Of a stretch of DNA of 64,000 nucleotides, positions 13,770 through 26,000 are shown piece after piece. Origin of the DNA: Antedon mediterranea (taxonomy: Eukaryota > Animalia > Echinodermata). Position numbers and translations under genes: made by a program. The stretch spans positions 11,633,888 through 11,697,887 of the forward strand of contig NC_092676.1 of assembly GCF_964355755.1 (NCBI RefSeq), given 5' to 3'. Below the pieces are notes generated by a model. It had not been told where the DNA came from. It worked only from the letters and a program-made list of their open reading frames with translations, and ran no database searches. Within the stretch, counting starts at the first letter, position 1, and every line of letters starts with the position of its first letter.

Positions 13770-15305
13770 CATATCCCACGATATTCTTCTCCGCAAGCTA
13801 TTGTTGACATTCAATATCAATGACACTGCGTTAAGCTGGATAACTTCTTTTTTATCAAATCTTGTACAGCGTGTTGTATATAAAGGCAAATCTTCAGACT
13901 GGTTGCCTGTTAAATCAGGCGTGCCGCAAGGGTCTGTTTTGGGTCCGTTGCTTTTTGTCATGTATGCTAATGACCTTCATCTATACATTACATCTAGTAT
14001 TATACAATACGCTGATGATGTGTTCATTTTTCGCAATGTTTGCACTAGGGATTCAGACTCAAATATTCAAACAGATCTAACGTCTATTGATTCTTGGGCA
14101 AAAAAAAATTGCCTCAAACTGAATCCCAATAAATGCAAATCTATGCGACTTACTTGGAGAAGAGGATATCCCAAACCTATATACAGCATTTCTGATACAC
14201 TTTTAGATTGTAATGATTCATTAAACATTTTAGGCTGCTCAATACAAAGTAACTTGTCATGGGACAATTAAGTTTAGGATGCAGTATCAAATTGTAACCG
14301 TCTTATTGGTCTTATACGGTTAATCACATCTAATGCCCCTAGTAGTGTAGCTCTCCATCTTTATAAGACACTTGTGCTGCCATGCTTATATTATTGTTCT
14401 CCGGTGTACCGTAAAAAACATATAAATATGCTAGAATCCGTTCAGAGGAGAGCTACCTGCATGATCTTGAAGAAAGGTTATTTAGATCAACATTATATAG
14501 ATAGAAGAAAGGAGCTAGGTCTAATGTCAGTAGAGAATAGGCGTGATTTCTTAAACATGACATTCATTGCCAATATAATAATTTCTCCACGATCTGATTT
14601 TATGAGTGAATATGTTGATTTTTTTTTAGTTAATAATCGACACCTAGATATACTCACCTTTCATCATGGTAGAGCTCGTACTAATGCTTTTAAATACTCA
14701 GGGATAGTACGGTTTCCTAAAATGTTTTCAGAACTTGGTGCTACGATCAGAAACAATCTTATTGAAGAGTCGTTTTTTAAGTTTAAACACAGTTTAAAGC
14801 AACATTTTATAGATTTTTAACTTTTCATATTTTTATTAACATGATTGTACCTACTTTGAATTTTTAACTTTTTAACTTTTATACAATCAGAATTTTTAAC
14901 TTTTATACAATCATAATTTTTAACTTTTATACAATCAGAATTTAACTTTTATACAATCAGAATTTTTAACTTTTATACATTCATAATTTTTAACTTTTAT
15001 TCAATCAGAATTTTTAACTTTTATACAATCAGAATTTTTAACTTTTACACAATCAGATTGTTCAGATAGCAATTGCATTTTTATAACACTTTTGTTAACA
15101 TTTTATTATACCTTATTCTTCTATGTTTTTTTCTAAATTTGTTAAATGTCGGTTTTATTGTATCGTTCAAGTTGACAGGGGCTGGTCAAGCACATCACAA
15201 GATGACAGTTTTATACTTTTGCTTTTCCGCTACTCCCCTGTTATACTTATATGTTTGTTTTTTTGCTATGTAGAAAGATTGAAAATAAAATAAATAAAAA
15301 ATAAA
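13770..15305 (+). mobile_element. 5'-truncated CR1/L2/Jockey-group LINE
   Basis: SGVPQGSVLGPLLF, QYADD, LESVQRRAT; in-frame stop at 14271; (AAAT)n-like tail at ~15283-15305. Confidence 0.9.
14860..15058. repeat. ~24-bp minisatellite in the LINE 3' UTR
   Basis: About eight copies of TTTTTAACTTTTATACAATCAGAA. Confidence 0.9.
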
Positions 15306-15435
15306 CCTAAAATTAAACATAAACAAAGTCCCAAGTTAAATATGCAATTTCTGTTATTTTTAGAGCGAGTTCGTTTTGTTGTACTTATATTATTAAGTAT
15401 TTAATTGTTGTAATAACCAATTTAACGATGACCAC

Positions 15436-16160
15436 CATATTTACCAACCTGAGAGATTTAAAATGCGGGACAGACTATTTTTGTAGGGGGTGAGGGGCGT
15501 GATCGGACACAAAGTATTTACAGCCCCCACCCCTTAGTGGCGGCTTGCGACGGAAACAAATTTAGTTCACTGGAACTCCTATGGCCGGAAATATTACTCT
15601 CGCACGTAAAATTCATGATGAATGGCACCTCTTGTATTCTGGTACGGTAAGCGATGCAAATATTATTAGATTGTATGTTACTCTTTTTTTGTTAATCTAT
15701 AATTCAACGTTTTTCAGCATGCTGATTCTTGAAATTATTTTATTAAAAAACATTTTTTGGAGTGTAAAAATTGAACTGATCCACCAACCAATAGCAAGAA
15801 AATTGGGTTTACCTTTCATAAATGCACACATGTAATGTGTAATATTGCGATCATGACAAACGCATAGTTATAGGCCCATCCTCGTCACGGCGAGCGACCA
15901 CGGACACATTAATTGTTACTTTCCTCTGATATTACGTATTTTATTGATGTGTGGTGTAATAATATAAATAGGCCTACTCGTATAATGTTCTATACTTTTA
16001 AAATATACCAATTAATTTGAATGCATTTTCCTCTCAAATTGTGATAAAACATATTAACGCATCGTATTATAGGCCTACTTAGGTTTAAACGCGTGTTTCA
16101 TTAAAAAAAAACACTTGGAATGCGGCTGTCCCAAACGATGCGAGACGGTTGGTAACTATG
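15436..16160. mobile_element. hAT-like MITE with 6-bp TSD
   Basis: TIR CATAkTTACCAACC at both ends; GACCAC directly flanks both ends. Confidence 0.7.
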
Positions 16161-16869
16161 GACCACATAAATAATTTTAAGTAGCCCTACCATTTGTTTG
16201 TTGGAATTAATGGTATCGATTAATTACAAAACTATTGAATATTATGTAATGTCGTACCTTATACCGCCAAACCAAAAATTTGGTACTGAGAGATTTTTTT
16301 GTCTTATCTTACACTTTGATATCATGTGTTATTGGTGGTACAATTCAGAATAGAATAGGACAGGCGGTTTAGCGTTAAACCCGGTCGATGTAAATAAAAA
16401 TCGGATAAAGTTAATTTTCAGTCGAGCGTTTCTTTGGTAAGTTGCCGATGCTCTAAATATCGTCAAATTTAATAACACTTTGTAATAGGCCTATATATAT
16501 ATATATATAACAATAATTAATCAAAAATAAACTTATAAATTTGTAATTGTGTTCTGACCGTACTTTTTCACCGGTTGGTCTCTCTTCCCGTCACGCCGCT
16601 CCTTTTGTATATTCTTATTGATGATATAATTCTGCTTATGCCATATTTTTCTAATCTATTTTTAAATGTTCCTGTAAAAATCCTAATAATAAATATGAAC
16701 CTCTAGGCCTAACCACTGAAATTTTATAAAAGACTTACTTATACAGTGTTATTTAGGGTTAAAATTCAATTAGTAAACAATATGCATACATACATAGTAG
16801 ATTAATAAAATTTACAGCTTGCCCAGCTTGTTTAAATGGACCCGCACTCAAGGTTACAAAATGGGGATT

Positions 16870-19800
16870 TGAATTGAATGCTATTTAACTAAAAAACACG
16901 CTCTCAGGGAAAAATCACAGAAATTGCATAACTGTACCTTTAAATTTATTTATAAAGTAAAGTCAAACAAGATAAAATCAGGTCTATTTAAGCAATTGAA
17001 TGCTGTTTAATTAAAAAACTCGCTCTCAAGGAAAATCACAGAAATTACGTAACTGTACCTTTACATTTATTTTTATTGAATGAAATTATTAGTGTTCATC
17101 ACACGGAACTAAATTAAACTCAAACAAGAAAAAATCAGGTCTATTTAAGCAATTGAATGCTGTTTAATTAAAAAACTCGCTCTCAAGGAAAATCACAGAA
17201 ATTACGTAACTGTACCTTTAAATTTATTTTTACTGAATGAAATTATTGGTGTTCATTACATGGAAATAAAGTAAACTCAAACAAGAAAAAATCAGGTCTA
17301 TTTAAGCAATTGAATGCTGTTTAATTAAAATACTCGCTCTCAAGAAAAATCACAGAAATTACGTAACTGTACCTTTAAATTTATTTTTATAGAATGAAAT
17401 TATTAGTGTTCATCACATGGAACTAAAGTAAACTCAAACAAGAAAAAATCAATTCTATTTAAGCAATTGAATGCTGTTTAATTAAAAAACACGCTCTCAA
17501 GGAAAATCGCAGAAATTACGTAACTGTACCTTTAAATTTATTTTTATTGAATGAAATTATTAGTGTTCATCACATAGAACTAAAGTAAAGTCAAACAAGA
17601 TAAAATCAAGTCTATTTAAGCAATTGAATGCTGTTTAATTAAAAAACTCGCTCTCAAGGAAAATCACAGAAATTACGTAACTGTACCTTTAAATTTATTT
17701 TTATTGAATGAAATTATTAGTGTTCATTACAAGGAACTAAAGTAAACTCAAACAAGAAAAAATCAAGTCTATTTAAAGATGTATTGTCCCCCTAAAAAAA
17801 AAATTTTTTTCAATATTTTTGTTGAATAGGCCATTTTAATTGCACATAAAAGTTATTCACTTTGACCTCAATTTGGATTGAAAAAAATAATTTTTTACAC
17901 GGGAAAATCGCAATTTAATGCAAAAATTAACCAACCGGAAGCTATTTGTCTGGAAGACAAATGTGTTCCGGTTTAATTTAACCATTGACCTGAGTTAGCT
18001 CATAAATATTCATATTGTATGGATACATCGTGTGGATGATGATGCTTTCCAAATCAACAGCCAACAACGATAGCAATGCATGCGTGCGAGAGAGTTGAGT
18101 AGTGATGCGAGACGAATCTTGAAGAAAACACGAAAACTATAGCTAGCAGAATGCTAAGTTAGAATTACAGTTGGTAACTTTGATGTTGAATCTTATTCAT
18201 TTAGGTGAGTTTTTGTTTCGCTAACAGGAGAGGCCTAGCTAGGCCTAGGCCCGTATTTGCTGCTACTGTACTACTAGTCTACTACTACTACTAGCACTGA
18301 CAGTCTCGAGTAGCCTAACTGCTGCCTACTTCTGTCTCTAGAAGTAGAGTGTAGTAGGCCTAGGCAGTACACTGCTAGCTAGGGCTACAGTAGACCACCA
18401 CCAGAAGGGATGTATTTTTGTTTTAATCATGATGAATTGGTTTAATTTTTAAAGATTTCAACTATCTATTCGGCAGTGAAAATTAAAAAAAAAAGAAAAT
18501 CTAAATATTGTTTTGGATGTTTTTTACTGATGCAATATTTTAAAAATATTTTCTGTATCAAATGCAATAGGTTCAAATTAACATTCCGCAAATAAACATT
18601 TTATGCAGATATTTTGACACAAATTTCTTTTTTTTTTTAGGTTGATTGATTGAACAATAAGAGCAAGTAGTGAGAAACATAAAATGTATCGTGCAGTGGC
18701 AACATTCACAATTTATTGAAACGTTTCTTACTATTAAAATGACACTTTGTAATGGATGTGAGCGATCTTAGAAGACTATAGCTGTCGTAATTACTGCCAC
18801 AATCAACACATTGATAATAGTAGACAAATTGACACAAAAAACAATACAGGAATTCAATAAGATATACTGTATATATATATTTTATTAACTCCTTTTGCAC
18901 TGTAATATTTACAGTAAAATTATGAAGTGTAAGTAAATTTGAAGAATTTATCCTGTGTACTGTTGTAGTAGTTTTTTTTTATTTATTGAATGTTATGTTT
19001 ACAAAATAATATACTGTACATATAATACAAAAAAAATTATACAATATTTTACAAGCTGGACAAGAACATATTGGCCGAATGCAGCAGGAGAGTCAGAAAT
19101 ATTTTTCCTGCAATATCCAATCATATTCCAATACCGAGTCTATCATTGTTGTCTTTGGGTGACCTCTGTTCCAGTCTTCATCAGCTCAACGTCTTTTAAA
19201 AAAGTAAAAGCAAAGTATGAAAATCTGGAAAAAATAGATCATGCATATTTAGTGCAAAATTGGGCTAGTGAAATTGCTTACTTTGACATAGTCAAATAAG
19301 TATACTACCTTTCTATGGTAATTAAAACACATTACTTATAATGTTATAACTTATAAAAAGAGAAAATAAATATTTGACTTACTACAGTACAGAGAACATT
19401 GTTTGTGTTGTAAAATGGCTAAGCTGGCTTTTCCCCTCTGTCTACTTGTACAGTGCTGCTGGAAGGTTCTCAATTTCAGGCTTGTATTGCAACCATTTTC
19501 CCTGAAAAATGTTTGTTTTATTTTTATCATAAAAATTAGTTAAACAAGCTTCAACTGTAAATATATATGGTACAGCAAGCTGGCTGTATTTTCGGAATGT
19601 AGCTAAGATTGATGGCATATAGCCTAGGCCAGTCTATGAAGAGTACAATGTATAGGGCCTAGCTGGGCATCTTCTGCAGGGACCCGATTGTCACAGTCTG
19701 CTTGCTACTAGCCTAGTAATATGCAGCAGCATGTATTAATTATTCTAGTAGGCCTAGCCCTGAACGGAAAAAATCCCAGGCTAAGTTAATTAATTTACCT

Positions 19801-20460
19801 TCCTGTTATTATTGCGTTATATATATTATTATATTTAAAATAACCGTCTAGGCCTACTAACCGACAAATTAACAGCTCAGCTTTACATATTTATACAATC
19901 ACAGGCCAGGGAAACCCATAGTCGAGTCGCGTGGTGTGGTTGTACATACAACGTGCATCCTCCATTGTTAGATCAGATCTCTGCTGTGTGGATGCTCATT
20001 AACATATCATGCATATGTATGAGTTAGCTCTACCGGCCTAATTTCTGAGCCGATGATTTCGAAAAAATGGTAAACTTATTTTGATTTTTTTATAAGCGAA
20101 ATCAATATTTTTTTTCGGATTTTTTTTTGGGTGGAAGTGAATAACTTTATGTTAACTACAAAACGGTCTATTCAAAATTTGATTTTTTTCATCTTTATTT
20201 TTCATTTTTTGGGGGACAATACATCTTTAAGCAATTGAATGCTGTTTAATTAAAAAACACGTTCTCAAGGAAAATCACAGAAATTACGTAACTGTACCTT
20301 TAAATTTATTTTTATTGAATGAAATTATTAGTGTTCATCACATAGAACTAAATTAAAGTCAAACAAGATAAAATCAAGTCTATTTAAGCAATTGAATGCT
20401 GTTTAATTAAAAAAACTCGCTCTCAAGGAAAATCACAGAAATTACGTAATTGAATGCAAT
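16870..20460. repeat. 157-bp tandem satellite interrupted by a Kolobok element
   Basis: GCAATTGAATGCTG recurs at 16992, 17149, 17306, 17463 and 17620, then resumes in register at 20231 and 20388. Confidence 0.95.
17777..20226. mobile_element. Kolobok-type element, internally deleted
   Basis: TTAA|AGATGTATTGTCCCCC...GGGGGACAATACATCT|TTAA inserted at the satellite's TTAA; decayed exon-like pieces inside. Confidence 0.9.
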
Positions 20461-20934
20461 TAAATGCTGTTTAATTAAACAGCATTCAATTGCTCAAATA
20501 AGCTTGATTTTATTAGTGTTCATCACAAAATAAACTGCTTAATTTTTCCTTGATAATGTGTTATATTAATATTTATAATATGTGAATAAAAGATACTATA
20601 CATAAATTGACCCGATTAAATAATACTGTAGAGTAACAGACAAATATATAACATCTTGCACCTTAATATTTTATATCATTGCAAATTTATTTTCAACAGA
20701 TGCTGCAGTTTGTTGAGGAGCCAACAAGCTATGCAAGACAAAATAATTCAGCTACCATACACTCTAAAAAAAAACCAAACAAATATTAAATGTCAACCAG
20801 GAACTAGATTGGGCACCAAAAAACAAAAAGTATTATATCAGCCACAGTTTCTCTTAATATCATATAAATAAAACTAAACATTCTTATTCACCAGGTTTTA
20901 TTGTAGGACATTTTGATTATATAAATCCATTTAC

Positions 20935-21045
20935 CTGAAAATGTATTTGAATTTCTTGGCTAAAATCACAAGCCCTTACGGCATTATCAACTGCAAGTTC
21001 AATCAAGGTCATGAAAGTCTTTTGGTACAGCTGATTTTTATTATC
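20935..21045 (-). other. Putative 111-bp coding exon, copy 1 (unknown gene)
   Basis: Polypyrimidine-AG acceptor and CAG|GTAAAT donor; open frame DNKNQLYQKTFMTLIELAVDNAVRACDFSQEIQIHFQ; inverted copy at 56005-56115. Confidence 0.55.
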
Positions 21046-21484
21046 CTACGGTAAAAAGAAAAAAAATCATAAAATAAAATATTCTATATAGATTAGAAGT
21101 CTGCAACATGTATACAAATAACACACTTATGCACTTGTATTTTTACATTAAATTGTAAAAATGTATAAATTAAAATGTACATGTATAACATTGATTAATA
21201 AATATAATGTTAGCTAGCATTTACTTCTTGACATTGTATAATAATTAATATATCGTAAAACACTAACGGTTGATACTGTGTGTAAATTAGTATGACTTCT
21301 ATTCTAAAAAAAGTATGTCTGTATACTAGCTAGCTGGCTAGGCCTATACTATAGTGTAGCCCTACTAGCTAGAATAGAAGAGTGTAGCAGTAGTAGTAAG
21401 CCTAGATAGTAAGTAGGCCTAGTAGTAGCAGGTAGGCGCGCCCAGCCCGACATATAGTACTATACTACTACCCCAGCGGGCATA

Positions 21485-23027
21485 CCGACGTTGAATCAAC
21501 GTTGAAATTAGGTCGCGACGTCGGACAACACGACATCAACGTCGGACCAACGTCGATCTTCCTCCGTTGATACAACGTGATTAGTTCAACGTTGATATAA
21601 CGTTGAATTCAGGTTGAAGCCTGACAATTCATGGTCGATATACCTTCGTCGGTACAACGTCAGTATTCAACGTTGTATCAACGTTGAAATCAGGTGGATG
21701 TCCGACAATTCAAGGTCGAAATACCTTCGTCGATACAACTTCAGTATTCAACGTTGTATCAACGTTGAAATCAAGTTGATGTCTGACAATTCAAGGTCGA
21801 TCTACCTTCGTCGATACAACGTCACACTTTAACGTCGATACAACGTTATAATCGGGTTGAAACCTGACCATTTAAAGTCGATATAGCACCGTCGATACAA
21901 CGTCACTACTACAACGTTGATATAACGTTGAATTCAGGTTGAAGCCTGACAATTCATGGTCGATATACCTTCGTCGGTACAACTTCAGTATTCAACGTTG
22001 TATCAACGTTGAAATCAGGTGAATGTCTGACAATTCATGGTCGAAATACCTTCGTCGGTACAACGTCAGTATTCAACGTTGTATCAACGTTGAAATCAAG
22101 TTGATGTTTGACAATTCAAGGTCGATCTACCTTCGTTGATACAACGTCACACTTTAACGTCGATACAACGTTATAATCGGGTTGAAACCTGACCATTGAA
22201 AGTCGATCTACCATCGTCGATACAACGTCACTACTACAACGTTGATATAACGTTGAATTGAGGTTGAAGCCTGACAATTCATGGTCGATATACCTTCGTC
22301 AGTACAACGTCAGTATTCATCGTTGTATCAACGTTGAAATCAGGTGGATGTCTGACAATTCAAGGTCGAAATACCTTCGTCGGTACAACGTCAGTATTCA
22401 ACGTTGTATCAACGTTGAAATCAAGTTGATGTCTGACAATTCAAGGTCGATCTACCTTCGTTGATACAACGTCACACATTAACGTCGATACAACGTTATA
22501 ATCGGGTTGAAACCTGACCATTGAAAGTCGATCTACCATCGTTGATACAACGTCACTACTACAACGTTGATATAACGTTGAATTCAGGTTGAAGCCTGAC
22601 AATTTATGGTCGATATACCTTCGTCGGTACAACGTCAGTATAATCGGGTTGAAACCTGACCATTGAAAGTCGATCTACCATCGTCGATACAACGTCACTA
22701 CTACAACGTTGATATAACGTTGAATTCAGGTTGAAGCCTGACAATTCATGGTCGATATACCTTCGTCGGTACAACGTCAGTATTCAACGTTGTATCAACG
22801 TTGAAATCAGGTGGATGTCTGACAATTAAAGGTCGAAATACCTTCGTCGGTACAACGTCAGTATTCAACGTTGTATCAACGTTGAAATCAGGTGGATGTC
22901 TGACAATTAAAGGTCGAAATACCTTCGTCGGTACAACGTCAGTATCCAACGTTGTATCAACGTTGAAATCAAGTTGATGTCTGACAATTCAAGGTCGATC
23001 TACCTTCGTCGATACAACGTCACTCTT

Positions 23028-23074
<47 letters not shown>

Positions 23075-26000
23075 TCACATTTATTTACTCATCGTTTATA
23101 AATACAGTTTCATAGCATAAATGATGGCAAGGATCCTGCATAGAGAAGTTTACACTTCTGTTTTCGCAGGACCCTTTTACATAAAAAACATAAAACTATA
23201 AACACAACATAATAGATACAAAATAAAAAAAAAACATTTCCTATATACATTTTAGAGTTGTTCATCATCAAAAAGCGATACTGTTTTACTAACATGATTA
23301 TTTATACATTTTGTCTTAAAAAAGAAGATATTCAGTTTATTACTTCCAGTACATGTGGATTCTTTCTATATATATTATAGCAAAAGTATGAATACATATA
23401 ATATAAAACAGGCTATGTGTGTATACTCGCACACACCAACACAAATGCATAATATATGCATCTATATTTTATGAGTGAAGCATTTTAAGTTCTGTAATTC
23501 GATAAAATGTCTCTTTTTACATATTTTTTTAGTATTTTATAATTTTTGTTAACAATATCTAAGTGATTTCTACAGAGCTCGTTCCATAGTTTCGGTCCGT
23601 GAATACTGATAAAATGTTGACCAGACGTTAACCTAGAGTATGGTTGTTTTACGCTACAAATATTTCGAAGATTATGGGTAGTATTTTCGTTTCTTTTGAA
23701 TATCATTTGGATTCGTCTGGGTAAAACATTGCTTTTAATCTGGGCCATGAAACCTAGGACGGTAACTCTGTTGATATCTTGTATGTTAAGTATATTTAAT
23801 TGCTTAAAGAGTGGCTCAGAATGTTGCCATGGCTTTTTAAATAAAATTATTCTAGCAGCCTTTTTCTGGAGTTTAGGAAGGGATTCTAGTGTACTATCAT
23901 ATGTACTGCCCCAAATAATGTTTCCATACTGAAGGTGCGGTAGAATTAATGTATTATACAAATTTGTTAAAATCTAATTAGGAAAAAAATGTCTAGTTTT
24001 TATCAATATTCCAATAGACCTAGCGGTTTTTTTGCTAATAAGCCTTATATGATTTTTCCAGCAAAGGTTCTCATTTATTACAACCCCAAGAAATGTTACA
24101 TTTTTTTGTTGTTCTAAAGTAATGTTATTCATTTTCAATTCAATGTTGGTTGTAATAATACGCCTTTGGGCAGTTTTAAAGATTACGTAATTTGTTTTGC
24201 TGGTGTTTAATAAAAGTTTTTTAGCTTTGAACCACATATTAATTCTATCTAGTTCCACATTCATAGTGTTTGCCAATGCGTTCAGGTTATTTCCACACTT
24301 GAATCCTGTTGTATCATCGGCAAAGCTAATTAATTCAATTTGTGTACTTGAGTTACATATATCGTTTACATATACAAGAAACAACAAAGGTCCCAAAACG
24401 GACCCTTGTGGAACACCAATACTAGTCTCCTTAATATTAGACGAAGTACCATTTATAAAAACATATTGCTTTCGTGATTTTAAGTAGTTACTGAACCATT
24501 TTAGTGTAACACCTCTTATACCATAGTGGAATAGCTTGTTCAGTAATATACTGTGGTCAATAATATCAAATGCCTTTGACAAATCCATAAATTGGCAATT
24601 ACGAACTCTTTGTTTTCAAATGCCTTTAGTATTTTGTGGATCAGATCAATTATAGCGTGGGAGGTTGAATGATTGTTTCGGAAGCCGTATTGCCAATCAT
24701 TTAGTATATTATAAGTTTTAAAGTAATTATACAATCTGGAATGGACTATCTTTTAAAAGATTTTAGAGAAAATTGGTAGTAGTGATATCGGGCGATAATT
24801 CGAGGCTAAATGACGGTCCCCTTTTTTGTATATGGGAATTACTTTTGCAATTTTTATCTGTTCCGGTATTGAGCCAGAGTGAAGAGATACGTTAAATATA
24901 TAAGTCAAGGGCTTTACAATAGCATCACCAACTGCCTTGACTACCTTTGGTGAAATATTATCAAAACCAGGTGTTTTGTTTGCATCAAGTGATTGAATCA
25001 CTTTTAACACTTCCTCCTCATTTACATGGTAGAAAAACATAGAGTTACTTTGCCTGTTTAGCAGGTAATCAGAGTATTGTGCCGTTGATGGCTCAATACT
25101 GTCTCGTACCTTGAGACCAACATTAATAAAATGATCGTTAATGTGGTTTGCAATAGGCTCACAACCCTCTATGAGTTTGTCACCAGATGTAAAAGTGGAT
25201 GGAACATTATTTTTGCTTCCACCTGGATTTATAATATCATTTATAATATTCCATGTTTTATTTTTATTTCCTTTAGTATTGTTAAAAACATTTTCATAAT
25301 ATGATTTCTTTGCCTTTTTGCATGTACGCATAAATGACTTATTAAACTCTTTATAAATATCCTTATTTTTAGACGAGGGATGTTTTATAAATTTGCACAC
25401 ATGTTTTCTTTTGCTAGACTTTAAGAGTCTTGAGCTCATCCATGGTTGTTTGAACTTTTTATACTTCTTGTGATTTTCTTGAACTTTTTCTTTTTTTTTA
25501 AAGTTTTTATTATATAATTTTTTGAAAGTGTTGATAAAAGCATTGTAAGCATCATCAGCGTTTGTCCTTACATATACATCAGCCCAATCAACAGGTAATA
25601 AGTCATTATATAGTTTATTTATATTTCTTTCGTTTATTGCATATTTATGAGGTTCTATATTACCGGTTTTTACTTTAATATGTTTGTCGGGCACGGAGTG
25701 GATAATTTGGTATACCGGTAAATGATCAGATATGTCTGAGATTAGTATACCAGATAACATTTGTTCAGAGAGTGTATTGGAGAAAATGTTATCAATTAAT
25801 GAAGATGTGTTGTTTTGTATTCTAGTGGGTCTTGAAATCGATGGGTAGAAGGAATGCGACATCATTACTTCTAGAAAATTATTTACAAAATCAGTCGATT
25901 CATGCTTAAGTAAATTAATGTTAAAATCACCCATAAAGTGGCATGATTTTCCCTCGATATCAATAGTGTTAAGAATATCGTCTAGTGATCTATTTAAAAG

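Noticed and set aside
18650-19505. Assignable Kolobok transposase or accessory exons
   Set aside because: Splice-like signals and a weak KMYRAVA motif are present but too decayed to call.
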